A stretch of 64,000 nucleotides of DNA from a virus (IMGVR_UViG_3300031963_008656:1-64000), one strand, 5' to 3'; counted from the stretch's first letter, positions 7,802 to 16,464 are shown. Translations and numbers: made by a program. The notes: generated by a model not told the origin, from the sequence alone.

Positions 7802-8091
7802 TCTTCAACTCCAAATTTCTTTTTCGCTAATTCTTGTTCGCATTGAGCAATGGAGGCGTCAAGCATAGCAGTTGTGATTTCTTTGGGATTCATTCCAAAA
7901 TGCAATTTAATCAAATCTACTCCCTGACCGCGACTGATCATGTCACGCAACATGGGATTCAATGCTATGCAACATTCCCGCACAATCAACTCGGCGAACT
8001 TTTCAATTTCGTCATCTAACAATGAAACAGCATGGTCATTGCTGTATACTGCGCCAGCCTCAACCGCAAGTAGTTTAATTTGTTCGTTCAT
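7798..8091 (-). CDS. small protein, HFGVE-tail paralog
   Basis: KFAELIVREC and ...KKFGVEE tail shared with 7204-7431. Confidence 0.5.
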   Translation of the reverse strand: MNEQIKLLAVEAGAVYSNDHAVSLLDDEIEKFAELIVRECCIALNPMLRDMISRGQGVDLIKLHFGMNPKEITTAMLDASIAQCEQELAKKKFGVEE

Positions 8092-8191
8092 TTTACATCC
8101 TTATATAACCATCGGCGGAATCTTGTTGATACTGTTGTTAGCACATTTATGCCAATAATAACAACGACTGCAATAACAATAACAATTTCAA

Positions 8192-8302
8192 TCATTCTTT
8201 AACTCCAAAATGTTTTTTACATTTGTGAAATGGCATAATACGACCAAGCCATCCAATCAGTTCACCGCAATTTTGGCAACAGTATGATGGGTATTTCTTC
8301 AT
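8192..8302 (-). CDS. small Cys-containing protein (possible zinc ribbon), HFGV-E tail
   Basis: MKKYPSYCCQNCGEL...KKHFGVKE; start moved to the internal Met to remove overlap. Confidence 0.35.
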   Translation of the reverse strand: MKKYPSYCCQNCGELIGWLGRIMPFHKCKKHFGVKE

Positions 8303-8577
8303 TTCAAATCGCCACGCAGGGTGTGCCACATTTTGGGATCGGTGCCCAAGTAGATGCGATACTTTTGATAATTGCGCCACTGGCTCAGTCGGTTCACACC
8401 ACGCTCGACCCAGTCAAACATGGCACTGCGGAACCACAAGGGATTCACAATGGCCACAATCAGTGCTGCCGCCACAGGCACAATCAGCACAGCCACAACC
8501 ACCCAATGAAATGTCATGGCACGGTAGTAACGGCCACCACCAGGCACCAGTTCAATTTCTTTACTCATATTTGCCAT
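8299..8577 (-). CDS. membrane protein
   Basis: 92 aa with a strongly hydrophobic central segment. Confidence 0.45.
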   Translation of the reverse strand: MANMSKEIELVPGGGRYYRAMTFHWVVVAVLIVPVAAALIVAIVNPLWFRSAMFDWVERGVNRLSQWRNYQKYRIYLGTDPKMWHTLRGDLK

Positions 8578-8978
8578 TCCTTTTTTGTTTTGCGTTTGAA
8601 AGTTGTTGGGTCAATCACTGCCGACAGGGCTTGCGTGACATCTTCCGCAGTGTCTGGGTCAGTGCTCTTTTTGAGTCCTAGTGCAACCTTTTCTTCTGCT
8701 GTGAGTTTACGCAGGGCCGCACGCCGCAGGCGCAGACGCTCTTGTTTGCGTTCTTCCTTTTCGCGGGCCTTGCGGTCTGCTTCTTTGTGTTTAGCCCACC
8801 ATTCACGCACCTCGTCATCACGGAGCAACAACAGATCTTCAATCTTGTTGTTTTCCAGTTCAGTCATGGCCTTGCAGGCAATGCGAGCCAGCATGTCAGC
8901 ACGGTCTTTGAGATCGCGATACTGCCAACTGTCAGTGGGGCTGGAATAACTGTCTGATGCATAATCTCTACAGGGCAT
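8565..8978 (-). CDS. charged coiled-coil protein
   Basis: KE-rich repeats. Confidence 0.5.
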   Translation of the reverse strand: MPCRDYASDSYSSPTDSWQYRDLKDRADMLARIACKAMTELENNKIEDLLLLRDDEVREWWAKHKEADRKAREKEERKQERLRLRRAALRKLTAEEKVALGLKKSTDPDTAEDVTQALSAVIDPTTFKRKTKKEWQI

Positions 8979-8979
8979 G

Positions 8980-9372
8980 TTACTCTCCTTGTGTCTGCAG
9001 GGCTTTCAAAAACTCCACACATGCGGCCTCGGTGCGCTTGGTCACTACCACCCGGCCACCCCAGAAGCCCACATACAGACTGCGGTGCTCCACAAACTTC
9101 ACTTCACCGTCAGCACCAGTATGCTTTTGACGAGCCGCTGGCTTTGCAGGCACTGCCTTTTTTGCAGGTGCTTTAGGCACTGCGGCCACCACAGGCTTTG
9201 CTGTCACTGCCTTTGCAGGTGCAGGCACTGCAAGCGGACGATGCTCAAAGCCATGTTTCTTATCATACTTGGCAATGGCTTTTTCATCCATGCCCCATGT
9301 GGCCAGTAGTCGGCGAACTTCAGTGCCGGGCAGTTGATTCCAGTGTATGATAGGGTCAGTCCAGTTGGTCAT
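8980..9372 (-). CDS. hypothetical protein with basic PAK/PAAK repeats (histone-H1-like tail)
   Basis: AVPAPAKAVTAKPVVAAVPKAPAKKAVPAKPAARQK. Confidence 0.5.
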   Translation of the reverse strand: MTNWTDPIIHWNQLPGTEVRRLLATWGMDEKAIAKYDKKHGFEHRPLAVPAPAKAVTAKPVVAAVPKAPAKKAVPAKPAARQKHTGADGEVKFVEHRSLYVGFWGGRVVVTKRTEAACVEFLKALQTQGE

Positions 9373-9382
9373 GTTGGGCTCC

Positions 9383-9583
9383 TTAATAAGATTGATGTGA
9401 ATGTCCGATACGATACACGGGTGCGCCTGGCGTCAAATCATTTTCCGGAGTATACACTTCCGGCAACATGATATCCGCAAACTCACCGTAGGAGTAATAA
9501 CCAGACTCGGTCACTACCAAGCGAGCATCAGCGGGCAGGGCACGGAGTGCCTCAATCATTTGTGCTACAGTTATAGTGGTCAT
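9383..9583 (-). CDS. small hypothetical protein
   Basis: Start moved to Met56 (MTTITV...), so the gene lies downstream of the consensus promoter at 9605-9640 with an AAGGAG Shine-Dalgarno. Confidence 0.4.
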   Translation of the reverse strand: MTTITVAQMIEALRALPADARLVVTESGYYSYGEFADIMLPEVYTPENDLTPGAPVYRIGHSHQSY

Positions 9584-9604
9584 CTCAAGCTCCTTAGTGT
9601 CTAT

Positions 9605-9640
9605 GTGTGTATTATAGCAAATTGGGAATTTTTGGTCAAC
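9605..9640 (-). promoter_or_regulatory. consensus sigma70 promoter, repeat unit 1 (TTGACC-17-TATAAT)
   Basis: Minus-strand reading: TTGACC, aaaaattcccaatttgc, TATAAT, acacacatag. One of three copies of a roughly 50-bp unit of near-identical sequence. Confidence 0.55.
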
Positions 9641-9836
9641 CGTGCAGAGCAGTCCAGGTTTCCCAGGGCTGATCGCGAATGTATTGTATTGCCTTAACAC
9701 CACCTTTAACCCTGCAGGCATACTGCATGGCTGTGGCAAATTTGCCACGCTGACGATGTGTTTTGCGAGCTAATCCTACCGGATTGAGCTTCCATTTCCA
9801 CAGCGAGTCATATTTGCCGCGAATCATCTTGTGCAT
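9636..9836 (-). CDS. small basic protein
   Basis: 66 aa, GAGGAG Shine-Dalgarno upstream, driven by the promoter repeat unit 2. Confidence 0.4.
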   Translation of the reverse strand: MHKMIRGKYDSLWKWKLNPVGLARKTHRQRGKFATAMQYACRVKGGVKAIQYIRDQPWETWTALHG

Positions 9837-9857
9837 GGTGGCTCCTCTGTTGTCTAT

Positions 9858-9893
9858 GTGTGTATTATAGCAAAACGGTGATTTGGTGTCAAC
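9858..9893 (-). promoter_or_regulatory. consensus sigma70 promoter, repeat unit 2 (TTGACA-17-TATAAT), with the -35 inside a 9-bp hairpin
   Basis: Minus-strand reading: gcaaaacgg-TTGACA-ccaaatca-ccgttttgc-TATAAT. Confidence 0.55.
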
Positions 9894-10218
9894 CGTTTTG
9901 CTTCACGCGAACGTCCGTGTTCAGCGCAGGTGCATACTTTTGTATTAACTCGCGCTCCAACTTATGTGCGGCATCTTTGCCACGCACAATGTCCACGATA
10001 GCCACGTTCATTGCTTCAGTACCGTTTGCGCGAATTGCTTCGTACAAGTTCCAGCCTTTGTCTTCTGTGCGGCTACGGTAGATGTGCTTGTTCACACGGC
10101 TACGGAGCGACATGTTGATTGTGCGCTGGGTTTTTGCGGTAATACCAATGTAGTACTCAAATCCAATTTGGATCATGTACACTATGTGGCTGCGATCAGT
10201 ACGTTTCTTTCTCATCAT
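9889..10218 (-). CDS. GIY-YIG nuclease domain protein (homing-endonuclease-like)
   Basis: [17 protein letters not shown] matches the GIY...YIG spacing, with downstream R and E residues. 109 aa. Confidence 0.55.
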   Translation of the reverse strand: MMRKKRTDRSHIVYMIQIGFEYYIGITAKTQRTINMSLRSRVNKHIYRSRTEDKGWNLYEAIRANGTEAMNVAIVDIVRGKDAAHKLERELIQKYAPALNTDVRVKQNG

Positions 10219-10255
10219 GTGTGTATTATAGCATTTTGGGCATTTTTGGTCAACC
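10219..10255 (-). promoter_or_regulatory. consensus sigma70 promoter, repeat unit 3 (TTGACC-17-TATAAT); the transcript may be leaderless
   Basis: Minus-strand reading: ggcatttcgg-TTGACC-aaaaatgcccaaaatgc-TATAAT. The -10 ends about 7 nt before the GIY-YIG ATG. Confidence 0.5.
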
Positions 10256-10280
10256 GAAATGCCTGTTGCAAAAATACAAC

Positions 10281-10322
10281 AAAAGTACTACTTTTTTTAG
10301 CCCTAAAAGTAGTACTTTTTTC
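10281..10322. repeat. 11-bp inverted repeat hairpin with T-run, between divergent genes
   Basis: aaaagtactac ... gtagtactttt followed by ttt. Candidate bidirectional terminator or operator. Confidence 0.4.
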
Positions 10323-10372
10323 AGCAAAAATTGAATATTTGGTCAACCAAAGTGTGGGCTATAAGTAACAGC

Positions 10373-11446
10373 ATGGACACTGATCTTTACCACGACATTT
10401 ACACTAGCGAAATTTTTGACACCAGCCAATGCATATGGCACGAAAATAATACCATGAATTTCTTTCACAGTTTGTTGATCAAACTGGGATATGAGCCTGT
10501 GCAAGATGGACACAAAACATGGCGCCGTGGAGACCGTACTGTGGTGCTGTGTCTGGTAGACGACTACATCTCTACCACATACGACTATGACACACCAGTG
10601 GCATATCGATTTGATCGCAATACCACAGTGATCACAGACAACTATGTTACCAGTCCAACCTTGTACAAGGTGTTTCAACTGCCATCCAGTTTCTTTGGCA
10701 TCTATCATTATGAACCCAAGCTGACCAATTTCAATCCCACACGCAGATTTAATTTTTCAGTCAATCGCATTGATTCCAAACGCATGTTGACCATGCTGGA
10801 AATTGCGTTGCGTTGTGAAAAGTATCCAGATGCTGAAACGTTGGACTTTATCAATTTCAACTGCTGGAGTTGGGAAGGTGACAATTCCACAGCTGAAGGA
10901 TGCAATCAAAATTTCAGAGATGCCTACGAAAAACTAGAGCCACAATACAAAGCAGTGTATGGTGACACTTTTGAACGCATTGCTCAAACCATGCCATTTA
11001 AAAATCATGACATGTCAGTTGAGCAGGCACACCTCAGTGCTTATGTGAACATGGTAATTGAAACCTACTCCAGTGACAGTTCAATTGCTCTCAGCGAGAA
11101 GATATTCCGTGCATTGGTCACTCCGGCACCCTGGCAAGTGTATGCTGGCCGCCATGCAGTGGCCTATCTGGAAAGTCTAGGATTTGACACACTCAAAGAC
11201 ATTGTCAATCACAGTTACGATGTCATGATGGAAAACAAAACTGCTGCCTATGGTGACAAACTGGTTGAATACATCTTTGCTGGCGCAGATACATTTACCA
11301 AACTCAGTGCTATGGATCGCACAGAACTGCGACATCGTTGCCTTACTGCCAGCAGACAAAATCAAAAGGTGCTCAAAGACATGAGTGCTCGTTGGCCTGC
11401 AGAGTTTGCCGCTTGGTTGCCGGCTGTTATAGACCATATCAAATAA
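10373..11446 (+). CDS. paralog-family protein A (C-terminal LGFDxF-DIV-HSYD motif); putative GT-B-like sugar transferase
   Basis: Shares ...SEK..(R/K)A.....P......LGFD.F.D(I/L)V..SYD with ORFs at 13634, 29316 and 50370. Start moved to Met15. Confidence 0.5.
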   Translation: MDTDLYHDIYTSEIFDTSQCIWHENNTMNFFHSLLIKLGYEPVQDGHKTWRRGDRTVVLCLVDDYISTTYDYDTPVAYRFDRNTTVITDNYVTSPTLYKVFQLPSSFFGIYHYEPKLTNFNPTRRFNFSVNRIDSKRMLTMLEIALRCEKYPDAETLDFINFNCWSWEGDNSTAEGCNQNFRDAYEKLEPQYKAVYGDTFERIAQTMPFKNHDMSVEQAHLSAYVNMVIETYSSDSSIALSEKIFRALVTPAPWQVYAGRHAVAYLESLGFDTLKDIVNHSYDVMMENKTAAYGDKLVEYIFAGADTFTKLSAMDRTELRHRCLTASRQNQKVLKDMSARWPAEFAAWLPAVIDHIK

Positions 11447-11447
11447 C

Positions 11448-12989
11448 ATGTGTGGTGTTCTATACGTAAAAAGCACCACTGATATACCGCTAGAAAAGCA
11501 CAACCAAGCTCTAGAAATTTTAAAAGATCGCGGTCCAGATTTTACCTGTTACCAACATCATGGTCGTGTGTTCTGTGCGCAAACAGTTCTGCACATCACT
11601 GGCAACACACAATTTTACAATCGACAGTCAGATGATTTTTTTGCATTCAATGGCGAAATCTACAACTATCGCTGGTTTGGTTCCTACAGCAACGACACTG
11701 AGCTGATGTATCGTGCTGTAAAAGACGCACCAGTAAAAAAACTCAAATACTTTGAAGGACCGTGGGCGTGGGTGTATGCTCAAGGCGACCAAGTGATATA
11801 TGCCACTGATCCACAAGGCGAAAGATGCCTGTACAGATATCAAGACAACAACATACTGATTGTGAGTTCTGAGGTGGCAGCTATTTTGGTATACATCCGA
11901 CCAAAATTACAAGACATTGATTACACAACCAAACACTATCCAATTTGGCAAAACACGCCTTGGCAAGGAATTGAACGATGTGTGCCAGGTGTGATGTATG
12001 ATCAGTCGGGCAACACCACAGTGATTGACAGTATCTTTTCATGGGCCAAACCCAGTAGTATTCAAACATTGGACCAGGCCTGGGAAGAATATCAACCCTT
12101 GTGGGAACGGGTAATCACTGACATGCGGCCAGAAACATCTTATGCCTGCACATTCAGTGGTGGGCTTGATTCTGGCGTGGTTGCAAAAAGTCTTCCACAA
12201 AGTCAGCACTATTATACCACCAACATGCTGGGCAAAGACCCAGTGAGTGAACAATCTCAACGTATGTTGGAAGGCAGTCAACGAGACAAAATCATCAACA
12301 TTGGTGTTACAGAACAGCAATGGGCCGATGCATTTGAGCAAGTGTGTCGTCGCACACTGATGCCAGTTCAAAGCTACAGTTTTGTTGGCCAGTGGATAAT
12401 TGCTCAACACTGCAAAGAACGTGTGTTGTTTACTGGTGTAGGCGCTGATGAACTGTTTGGTGGCTATGGCGTTTACTCACAGCTTGAATACACCACACAA
12501 ACAAGTGCAAGTCCTTACAGTTCATTTGGCAATGACACTCACGCTCAACAACTGTGGCAACAATGTTTGCATGCACATCAAGGTCAAGCAGAGCCAGCCA
12601 CTCTGTTGATGGATTATATCACTCAAATTTGTGCAATAGACATGCGTGGCATTGACGTTTGTACCATGGCACATGGCATTGAACCACGCTCGCCATTTGT
12701 GCATCCTAAGATCATTCGGTTTGCACTTGGCCTTCCCATGCACCTGAGGCGCGGCAAACCTTTGATTCGTCGACAGTTTTTGGCCTCCTGGCCTGAAGAA
12801 ATGATACTTCCCAAAAAAGGATTCACTGGACATTGCAATGATTCATTGCCTTGGATGAAATTCACTGTGCCAGATCAGGCTCGGGCACCACAGTGGAAGC
12901 AAATTGTCAAAACTGGATTTAGATATTATGCCAATCAATATCTTGATCAAACCACTCAGGACTTATCCGCACATGCGGATGTTGCTTGA
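11448..12989 (+). CDS. asparagine-synthase-like amidotransferase (N-terminal Ntn Cys glutaminase plus PP-loop ATP pyrophosphatase)
   Basis: Begins MCGV (Cys2 nucleophile of class II GATase). PP-loop TFSGGLDSGVV. About 513 aa, AsnB-like in length. Confidence 0.7.
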   Translation: MCGVLYVKSTTDIPLEKHNQALEILKDRGPDFTCYQHHGRVFCAQTVLHITGNTQFYNRQSDDFFAFNGEIYNYRWFGSYSNDTELMYRAVKDAPVKKLKYFEGPWAWVYAQGDQVIYATDPQGERCLYRYQDNNILIVSSEVAAILVYIRPKLQDIDYTTKHYPIWQNTPWQGIERCVPGVMYDQSGNTTVIDSIFSWAKPSSIQTLDQAWEEYQPLWERVITDMRPETSYACTFSGGLDSGVVAKSLPQSQHYYTTNMLGKDPVSEQSQRMLEGSQRDKIINIGVTEQQWADAFEQVCRRTLMPVQSYSFVGQWIIAQHCKERVLFTGVGADELFGGYGVYSQLEYTTQTSASPYSSFGNDTHAQQLWQQCLHAHQGQAEPATLLMDYITQICAIDMRGIDVCTMAHGIEPRSPFVHPKIIRFALGLPMHLRRGKPLIRRQFLASWPEEMILPKKGFTGHCNDSLPWMKFTVPDQARAPQWKQIVKTGFRYYANQYLDQTTQDLSAHADVA

Positions 12990-13635
12990 AATATTTTTCA
13001 ACCCAATCCAAGCATTGTGATTCGCTAGGAGTCACTGACCTAGTGCGAGAACTGTTGAATTCATACCAGTACAACCCGTATGGTGCCTGAGAATCTGTAA
13101 ATCTAAAAGTAAACAACTGTCCGGGATCTGCTCCGCACAGTTTGGCAAATCTATCAAAAGTTGTGATTGGTTCAAAGTCTGAATACAAGTGTGCTCGACT
13201 GTGATGTGTGGTAATAAATCCTGGCACAGTTTGTATTTCGGGCAATCGTTCTAGACATCGCAATCGTGAATCTCCATTGCCAGCAAGATATGTGCCATCA
13301 CCCTGATCTAACACCAAAAATGGTTTTATAATGCCCTGTGCTCGTATGTCTCGTATCCACATGTTGAGCTTGACAAGATTGGCAATGTCATAGTGATTGC
13401 GCGGCTCAGCTAGAAACCCTGCTGGCCCATCATGATCTAGCCACTGATTGGCCCATTCGCAAAGATCATTCAGTCGTTGGTTGGTTGAAAAGTGTCGAAA
13501 TTCGCAACTGGGATTCCAGAACAAGCAATGCATGCCTTGATTTGAACTGATCTGAATGGGATCTTGTTTGCTGGGCCAGTGAAATTCCACAAGAGGATTA
13601 TTCCAATACATAGATCTACTTAGTAAATAGGTCAT
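12919..13635 (-). CDS. hypothetical protein
   Basis: 238-aa ORF. Its 3' end overlaps the 3' end of the AsnB-like gene by 71 nt. Its ATG overlaps the ATG of the divergent gene at 13634 (CATG). Confidence 0.45.
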   Translation of the reverse strand: MTYLLSRSMYWNNPLVEFHWPSKQDPIQISSNQGMHCLFWNPSCEFRHFSTNQRLNDLCEWANQWLDHDGPAGFLAEPRNHYDIANLVKLNMWIRDIRAQGIIKPFLVLDQGDGTYLAGNGDSRLRCLERLPEIQTVPGFITTHHSRAHLYSDFEPITTFDRFAKLCGADPGQLFTFRFTDSQAPYGLYWYEFNSSRTRSVTPSESQCLDWVEKYFKQHPHVRISPEWFDQDIDWHNI

Positions 13636-14593
13636 GGACTATACATCTTTGTTTGCCAACACACTCTCTGGCTTGGGGTTTGATCTGCATGCAGTTTACA
13701 ACTGCTTTGATCCGCCATATCGTCCAGAAACTGGTTGGCCGTTAAAGTTGCCCAACATTGAATTCAAACACAACACACTGCTGTTGTTGCATTTTCAAGA
13801 TTTCATAACACCATGTCAGGGTCGCATACTTGAACTGGAACAAGTAGAACGCCACTATGGCGCCAATGCACATCGTGTGCTGGTAACTTATTGGAGTCAT
13901 AATTTACAAAAATACTATCAAGGACCAGTGAACCTTATCGAATTCAGCAATCACAACATGGCCACTGTGACTGCTATCCAAGCTCGTGAGTCACAATGGA
14001 CCAATTCAATAAATGCAAAAACTTCAGCATGGCAATGCCTCAATGGTCGCATGTGCTTGCATCGTCGACGTGCTGTGGACATCTTGCAACATTGGCCTAA
14101 TGGTGTGTTAAGTTACGGCAACGACATTCCACTTGATGCTTGGGCTTATGACACCTATCGCGGCACAGAAAACGAAGATAACTTCATGCGACTGTTGCCG
14201 GTATATGCAAAATGTCAAGTGAACATTGTGACTGAAACACAGTATGATGAGCCGCCAGGCATTGTGAGCGAAAAAACATTGATGGCGATGATTGCACAGC
14301 AGGTACCCATTGTGATTGGTCACCAAGGTATTGTGCAAGACTGTAGAGAGCTTGGGTTTGACATGTTTGACGACCTGGTGGACACCAGCTATGATAGCAT
14401 GTCCAATGACGTTCGAGTCGAACAAGCCATAATGAAAAATCAAGATCTCATACTGGGAAAAATTAACCTTGCGCCATACCAAGAGCGACTGCAAAAACAA
14501 AGAAGTTTTTTGCTTGATGAATTTATAACTGGCACACAACAACGGTACATTCAAGACGTTGAACAGTTGGCTAAAAAACTAAGTGCGATTTAA
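13634..14593 (+). CDS. paralog-family protein B (LGFDMFDDLVDTSYD)
   Basis: Same C-terminal motif block as 10373, 29316 and 50370. Confidence 0.55.
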   Translation: MDYTSLFANTLSGLGFDLHAVYNCFDPPYRPETGWPLKLPNIEFKHNTLLLLHFQDFITPCQGRILELEQVERHYGANAHRVLVTYWSHNLQKYYQGPVNLIEFSNHNMATVTAIQARESQWTNSINAKTSAWQCLNGRMCLHRRRAVDILQHWPNGVLSYGNDIPLDAWAYDTYRGTENEDNFMRLLPVYAKCQVNIVTETQYDEPPGIVSEKTLMAMIAQQVPIVIGHQGIVQDCRELGFDMFDDLVDTSYDSMSNDVRVEQAIMKNQDLILGKINLAPYQERLQKQRSFLLDEFITGTQQRYIQDVEQLAKKLSAI

Positions 14594-14944
14594 AAACTTC
14601 AACCACTTTTCTAGATCGCCGTACATGGCCAACATCACTGCCTGCTGACTGCCAAACAAAACAATTTGCGGATGCTTGCCAATTTTAATGTAGTAAGGGC
14701 AATCTAACTTTTTATCCAAGGTCAGTAAATGTTTGGGTTTAGCAACCAAGTCAGAAGGAGCATCAAATGCGTATGTTTCTAAGTCACAAGTACCAATTGC
14801 TGTATATCCAGCATTGGTCAGTCTGAATCCGCCGCCATCTCTAAAGTTCATCCACCATGACTTGCAGGCTTCGTCGTAGGTCAGTTGGTCTTCCGACGGA
14901 AGACCTGTCAGTATGCGTTCGGTAATCTGTTGTTTAGTTAACAT
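14579..14944 (-). CDS. hypothetical protein
   Basis: 121-aa ORF. Confidence 0.45.
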   Translation of the reverse strand: MLTKQQITERILTGLPSEDQLTYDEACKSWWMNFRDGGGFRLTNAGYTAIGTCDLETYAFDAPSDLVAKPKHLLTLDKKLDCPYYIKIGKHPQIVLFGSQQAVMLAMYGDLEKWLKFLNRT

Positions 14945-15242
14945 TGGGGTACACTTGTTCCCCTTGTGTTAACAGCATGACTGTGAATTTGTCAGTCTTG
15001 AACTGTGCATTTAATTTTTTTGCCAAATTTTTAGCATGCCCTGGATTTGAGAAACTGACTTTTTTGTACTTGGGTCCGGGGTATTGCGTAAGCATGTTAC
15101 CAGTCTTGAGATTGATTGGCTTTTGATCGTAAAAGACCGCCCACACACCTTCAGAGGCCAATACTTGTTCGGTCTTATAGGTTTGTTTCTCAGTGTGCTC
15201 AATTAGAACTAGCGGTTTGGGTCTACTCATATTTTCTCCCAA
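14934..15242 (-). CDS. hypothetical protein
   Basis: 102-aa ORF. Confidence 0.45.
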   Translation of the reverse strand: MGENMSRPKPLVLIEHTEKQTYKTEQVLASEGVWAVFYDQKPINLKTGNMLTQYPGPKYKKVSFSNPGHAKNLAKKLNAQFKTDKFTVMLLTQGEQVYPNVN

Positions 15243-15260
15243 GTTTATTTATCTAATAAA

Positions 15261-15476
15261 CTAGGTGTTTTTGAAGCTTCCGCCTGCGAGTTCTACCGTA
15301 ATCACTTCATTGGAATTTGTAGCAGTGTTTGACCGTAGTTCTTCCAAAGTTACCAATAGCTTGGTAATGTCTGCATGCAGATCCTTAGCGTCACGAAGTG
15401 TCATGATAAAATCACGTTGGTTGCGTGACTCATGCGCCTTGATAGAATCAACAAATCGGTGTATGTGTAAACTCAT
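15261..15476 (-). CDS. hypothetical protein
   Basis: 71-aa ORF. Confidence 0.4.
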   Translation of the reverse strand: MSLHIHRFVDSIKAHESRNQRDFIMTLRDAKDLHADITKLLVTLEELRSNTATNSNEVITVELAGGSFKNT

Positions 15477-15862
15477 TTTTTAAGATATGGGTTGAGATCA
15501 GGTGGCGTCCAGCCTACAGGTTTGAGTACCTTACCATCTTCGCGCTTGCGAACCTTGCCGGTGTCTCGATCAATCTTGGCAAAGTTAGTTTTCATGACTT
15601 CTTTCCAAGCACCTTCGGCATCTGCGCCCATACTGTGTAATGCACCAATAGTAACAACCAAAATGTCAATAAGTGCATCAACAGTTTCGACTTGGTCGTG
15701 TGCTGTGATTGCATCAGCCAATTCGTTGGCTTCTTCTTCAATCAATGTAACATACAAGTTAAATTGATCTTTGTTAAACTCGTTGACACTTTGGTCGCAA
15801 GCCTTCATAAATTTTTCTTGATCTCTAAACGGATTGGTCATAAGTTCTCCCGAAGTTCCCAA
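15473..15862 (-). CDS. mazG: MazG-like nucleotide pyrophosphohydrolase
   Basis: LIEEEANELADAI and DALIDILVV EExxE/D motifs; 129 aa, typical of phage MazG. Confidence 0.65.
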   Translation of the reverse strand: MGTSGELMTNPFRDQEKFMKACDQSVNEFNKDQFNLYVTLIEEEANELADAITAHDQVETVDALIDILVVTIGALHSMGADAEGAWKEVMKTNFAKIDRDTGKVRKREDGKVLKPVGWTPPDLNPYLKK

Positions 15863-16464
15863 AGTGCTACCCAGCCATTAGATTTTGGAAAATAACTGGT
15901 TTGTAATTTATGTGATATTTTTAAATCATATCCCATATTTGACAGTGATTGATTAATAATAAAGAAGGGAGTTTTAAAATTGACCCCACAATGCTTCCAA
16001 GATTTTCGAAGTTGTCTCGACCCGCTGATATTAATATCTTCTGGTAGATAAGCTAACGGATGCTCGGCAGTTACACAATCAAGCATTATGTATTTTGGTG
16101 TATTATAATTTACAAATAGTTCCAACAGATGCAATGAACTATGATGATGATACAACACACCAAAACAAATTACAACATCAAATGGTTTAGCATCTCTCAT
16201 AAGCCAAACATCATCAACCACAACTTTGTCTACTCCAGGAATATCTTCTAATGTAGATTGGTGAACTATATTCCCTTCAATGCATTCTAAGTAACATGGT
16301 GCATGTTTTGCAATTAATTTAGTGTGTTTTCCAACATGCGGCCCTACTTCAAGTACTCGAGCATTAGCACATACCTTCAAATAGTTTTCATCTATAAAAT
16401 TATAATATTCAGTCTCATTACCAGTAACAGTTTTTACATCTTCTTTAAAGTCATAAGGATGCAT
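15838..16464 (-). CDS. putative class I SAM-dependent methyltransferase
   Basis: VLEVGPHVGKHT resembles a glycine-rich motif I. Weak. Confidence 0.4.
   Translation of the reverse strand: MHPYDFKEDVKTVTGNETEYYNFIDENYLKVCANARVLEVGPHVGKHTKLIAKHAPCYLECIEGNIVHQSTLEDIPGVDKVVVDDVWLMRDAKPFDVVICFGVLYHHHSSLHLLELFVNYNTPKYIMLDCVTAEHPLAYLPEDINISGSRQLRKSWKHCGVNFKTPFFIINQSLSNMGYDLKISHKLQTSYFPKSNGWVALWELRENL

Noticed and set aside
8284-8949. Plus-strand ORFs antisense to minus-strand genes (e.g. 8284-8949 221 aa, 39448-40023 191 aa, 54271-55002 243 aa, 45687-46040)
   Set aside because: Low-complexity Ser/Arg/Ala-rich translations typical of antisense shadow ORFs. They overlap well-supported minus-strand genes entirely. 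There are no start-context signals.
9596-10262. Tandem repeats of about 50 bp as a possible CRISPR array
   Set aside because: Only three copies, with irregular spacing of 250 and 364 bp. Each copy is a complete TTGACx-17-TATAAT promoter in front of a gene with a Shine-Dalgarno sequence. There is no repeat-spacer periodicity and no cas gene.
11448-12989. Calling the 513-aa protein QueC
   Set aside because: It has the PP-loop SGGLDS, but also an N-terminal Cys2 glutaminase domain and AsnB-like length, and it lacks the C-terminal Cys4 zinc cluster of QueC. Annotated as AsnB-like, with the QueC-substitute idea left as a hypothesis.
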